A program made the translations under genes and the position numbers. Below, piece by piece: positions 62,032 through 64,000 of a stretch of DNA of 64,000 bases (its first letter is position 1; every line of letters starts with the position of its first letter). Source of the DNA: Deltaproteobacteria bacterium (lineage in GTDB: Bacteria > Myxococcota_A > Polyangia > Polyangiales > Ga0077539). The stretch spans positions 4,479 through 68,478 of the forward strand of contig JACRDB010000023.1 of assembly GCA_016218725.1 (NCBI GenBank). The letters are read 5' to 3'. The notes below the pieces were generated by a model, which ran no database searches, was not told where the DNA came from, and worked only from the letters and a program-made list of their open reading frames with translations.

Positions 62032-63063
62032 TCAGAACCTCCCCGAGAGCGCGAGGGAGCCCGGACCCACGGAGAGCGAGACCCCGCGGGAGGGCGCGGT
62101 CACGGCCGACGGTCGCGCCAGGAGCCAGGTGACGGCCCCCACGGCGGCGAGGCCCGCTCCGACGCCCAGGGCGAGGTACCCGAAGCGCTGGCGGGTCTCC
62201 GCGGCGTCCACGTCGCCCTGGTTGGGCAGGGTCACGTCCGGGGCGAGGCTCTGCCACTGTCCCGTCAGGGTCTGGTGGTCGTTCCAGGCCCAGAGCCAGA
62301 GGGCGCCCCCGAGGGCCATGGTCACCCCCCCAAGCCCGAGGGTCACCAGCCCCGCGGTGCTCCAGGGCCCCGCGCGCGGAGGCGCTCCCCCACCGGGCGG
62401 CGTTGGCGGCGGCGGCGGCGGTGGGGGCGGCGCCGGGAGCCGCTCGGTACGCAGCTCCACGGTCTCCAGACGCCCCGCGGCGAGGGTCACGGTCTCCCTC
62501 CGGGTGCGCCACCCGGGGCCCGAGAGCGCCAGCGTGGCCTCGCCGGGGTCCAGCGCCAGGGGCACGTCCCAGCCCGCGCGGGGCACCTCGTGGTCATTCA
62601 CCGAGAGCGCCAGCGCTTCGTCTTGCGGGTCGATGCGCACGAGCACCCGGGCCACCAGGGGCTCCAGCGCCGTGGCCTCGGCGCGGGCGCTGTCCCGGGT
62701 GGGCTCGTAGCGCGGCTCCGTCTGCGCGCGCGCGGCGGCGTCCCGGGCGGCCCGGTCCAGGGTGACGTAGGCCTCGGTCACCCGCCCGAGCTGCCGGAGC
62801 ACACGCCCGAGGTACATCCTCGTGTTGGGGCTCTCCACGAGCTGCAACGAAGCCCCGAAGGCCGTCCTGGCCTGCTCCCAGGACTGGAGGTGGTAGCTCT
62901 CCCGCCCGAGGAGGTAGAGCGCCTGGGCCCGTGCCTCCAGCGAGAGCCCCGGCGTCGGTGGCAACGGCTGCGAGGCCACCCCCGCGGGCTGCGCAAAGCT
63001 CTCCGACGCCACCGCGAGCGTCAGGAGAACCCCAAGGAACTTCGCGCGACCACGCTTCACCAC
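62032..63063 (-). CDS. Hypothetical secreted/membrane protein (signal peptide, poly-Pro tract, C-terminal TM helices)
   Basis: MVKRGRAKFLGVLLTLAVASESFA; PAPPPPPPPPPTPP; hydrophobic segments GLVTLGLGGVTMALGGALWLWAW and FGYLALGVGAGLAAVGAVTWLL. It ends 3 nt before the downstream gene. Confidence 0.6.
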   Translation of the reverse strand: MVKRGRAKFLGVLLTLAVASESFAQPAGVASQPLPPTPGLSLEARAQALYLLGRESYHLQSWEQARTAFGASLQLVESPNTRMYLGRVLRQLGRVTEAYVTLDRAARDAAARAQTEPRYEPTRDSARAEATALEPLVARVLVRIDPQDEALALSVNDHEVPRAGWDVPLALDPGEATLALSGPGWRTRRETVTLAAGRLETVELRTERLPAPPPPPPPPPTPPGGGAPPRAGPWSTAGLVTLGLGGVTMALGGALWLWAWNDHQTLTGQWQSLAPDVTLPNQGDVDAAETRQRFGYLALGVGAGLAAVGAVTWLLARPSAVTAPSRGVSLSVGPGSLALSGRF

Positions 63064-63116
63064 GGACCTCTGCGCCAGGGGCAGTGCGGCGTCAACCCCG
63101 CACCCCGAAGGAACCT

Positions 63117-64000
63117 TCAGATGCTGTGGGGATCGTACTCTGTTCCGCCCGGCCTTGCGTGCTCCGGCGCACGATCCTCCACCGGCGCCGGCCGACCGTG
63201 GCGCCCCCGGCCCCGGGACGCTCGCTCCCGATCGCGGTCGCGACCGTGGTCCCGCGAGGAGAGCCCCGCGTCGGAGTCCCGGGTCAGAGCCTCCGAGGTA
63301 GGGGAAGGTAGGGCCACCGGGGCGGGTGTGGGTGTGACATTCTCCGGGTGGATTTCCGGGAGCGCTCTCGGTGGGGTCCGTGGCGTGGGGGCCTCGGGTG
63401 GTGTTGGGGAGGGGGCGACGACGCCCGCGGCGAGGACCGAGGACAGGGCCGAGGGGGTGCTCCCGGGGGGTGTGACGGGTCGCCCGAGGGTCTTCTCCGC
63501 GACGGAGAGGCCCGCCACCAGGGCCACCACGGCGAAGACGCCGGCGAGAGTGCGGATACGGGTCGAGCGTGTGGCGCCGGGGGGGGTCGAGCGCTTGAGG
63601 GGGATCTCCACGCTCAGGCGGCTGGTGTCATCGGGCGGGGTGACGGGCGTCGGCGCGATGGGCTCCAGGGACGCGCCGGGGGTGACGGCGCTGGCGCTGT
63701 CGGGCGGGGGTTCGGGGTGCTCCTCGGGGAGCTTCGGGACACCGATGGGGCGCTGGACGCGCACGGTGGCGCGGCGCTCATCGCGCCGACCGACGGCGCT
63801 GGTGCGGGCGGGGGTGCCTCCGCGGCGACGCTCGGTCACACCATCGAGGCTCTCGGCCAGGGCGGCCACCATGGCGGCGCCCGTGGGGAAGCGCTCGACG
63901 CGGTTGCGCGCGAGGGCCTGGGCCATCCAGTCGTCCACGGCGGGGTTGAGGGAGGGCTCCACGGCGGATGGGGGCGCGATCCGGTGCGTGAGAATCGCCA
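63117..64000 (-). CDS. Ser/Thr protein kinase, C-terminal part (N-terminus beyond the right edge of the window)
   Basis: The reading frame is open to the window edge. ...EPSLNPAVDDWMAQALARNRVERFPTGAAMVAALAE... is a typical end of a Hanks-type kinase domain. It is followed by a Pro-rich region, a TM helix (LAGVFAVVALVAGLSV) and an extracellular tail. Confidence 0.7.
   Translation of the reverse strand, partial: AILTHRIAPPSAVEPSLNPAVDDWMAQALARNRVERFPTGAAMVAALAESLDGVTERRRGGTPARTSAVGRRDERRATVRVQRPIGVPKLPEEHPEPPPDSASAVTPGASLEPIAPTPVTPPDDTSRLSVEIPLKRSTPPGATRSTRIRTLAGVFAVVALVAGLSVAEKTLGRPVTPPGSTPSALSSVLAAGVVAPSPTPPEAPTPRTPPRALPEIHPENVTPTPAPVALPSPTSEALTRDSDAGLSSRDHGRDRDRERASRGRGRHGRPAPVEDRAPEHARPGGTEYDPHSI

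Overview
This is a 64-kb stretch of a very GC-rich chromosome; hand-counted 60-nt lines in core genes are about 80% G+C. The gene content looks myxobacterial (Myxococcota): DUF4388/J-domain and AgmX/PglI-type proteins, many FG-GAP and Cys-rich lipoproteins, Rpn/DUF4351 elements, a Ser/Thr kinase and hybrid histidine kinases. That assignment is inferred from family content, not from a database hit. Core genes recognised: a penicillin-acylase-family lipoprotein, tal, crcB, an MDR oxidoreductase, TauE, an M48 peptidase, cysS, hisD, selA, mepA, lexA, dedA, an aldehyde dehydrogenase, tRNA-Gln(UUG), deoA, gdh and two histidine kinases. Four accessory patches are interspersed. (i) Two lipoproteins are built from roughly 16-20 tandem six-cysteine modules with inhibitor-cystine-knot spacing (7.6-9.3 kb and 40.4-41.9 kb), and two further proteins carry a different DxxHCGxCGxxC repeat. 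(ii) An AbiEi/AbiEii toxin-antitoxin pair has a perfect 21-bp inverted-repeat operator and sits next to a truncated Rpn-like gene and a 642-aa orphan. (iii) A lower-GC island (36.85-40.25 kb) encodes a PD-(D/E)xK protein, a HEAT-repeat/Mrr endonuclease and an intact Rpn-family nuclease. (iv) A lower-GC five-gene operon (47.4-54.8 kb) encodes three paralogous leaderless beta-helix proteins, an FG-GAP lipoprotein and a 132-aa orphan. It sits behind a sigma70-like promoter whose spacer contains a G11 tract, and it is bracketed by copies of the 3' end of the neighbouring kinase gene. Most long six-frame ORFs lying antisense or out of frame to these genes are high-GC artefacts. My best candidates for something undescribed are the beta-helix operon with its candidate phase-variable promoter, the poly-knottin-like lipoproteins and the nuclease island.
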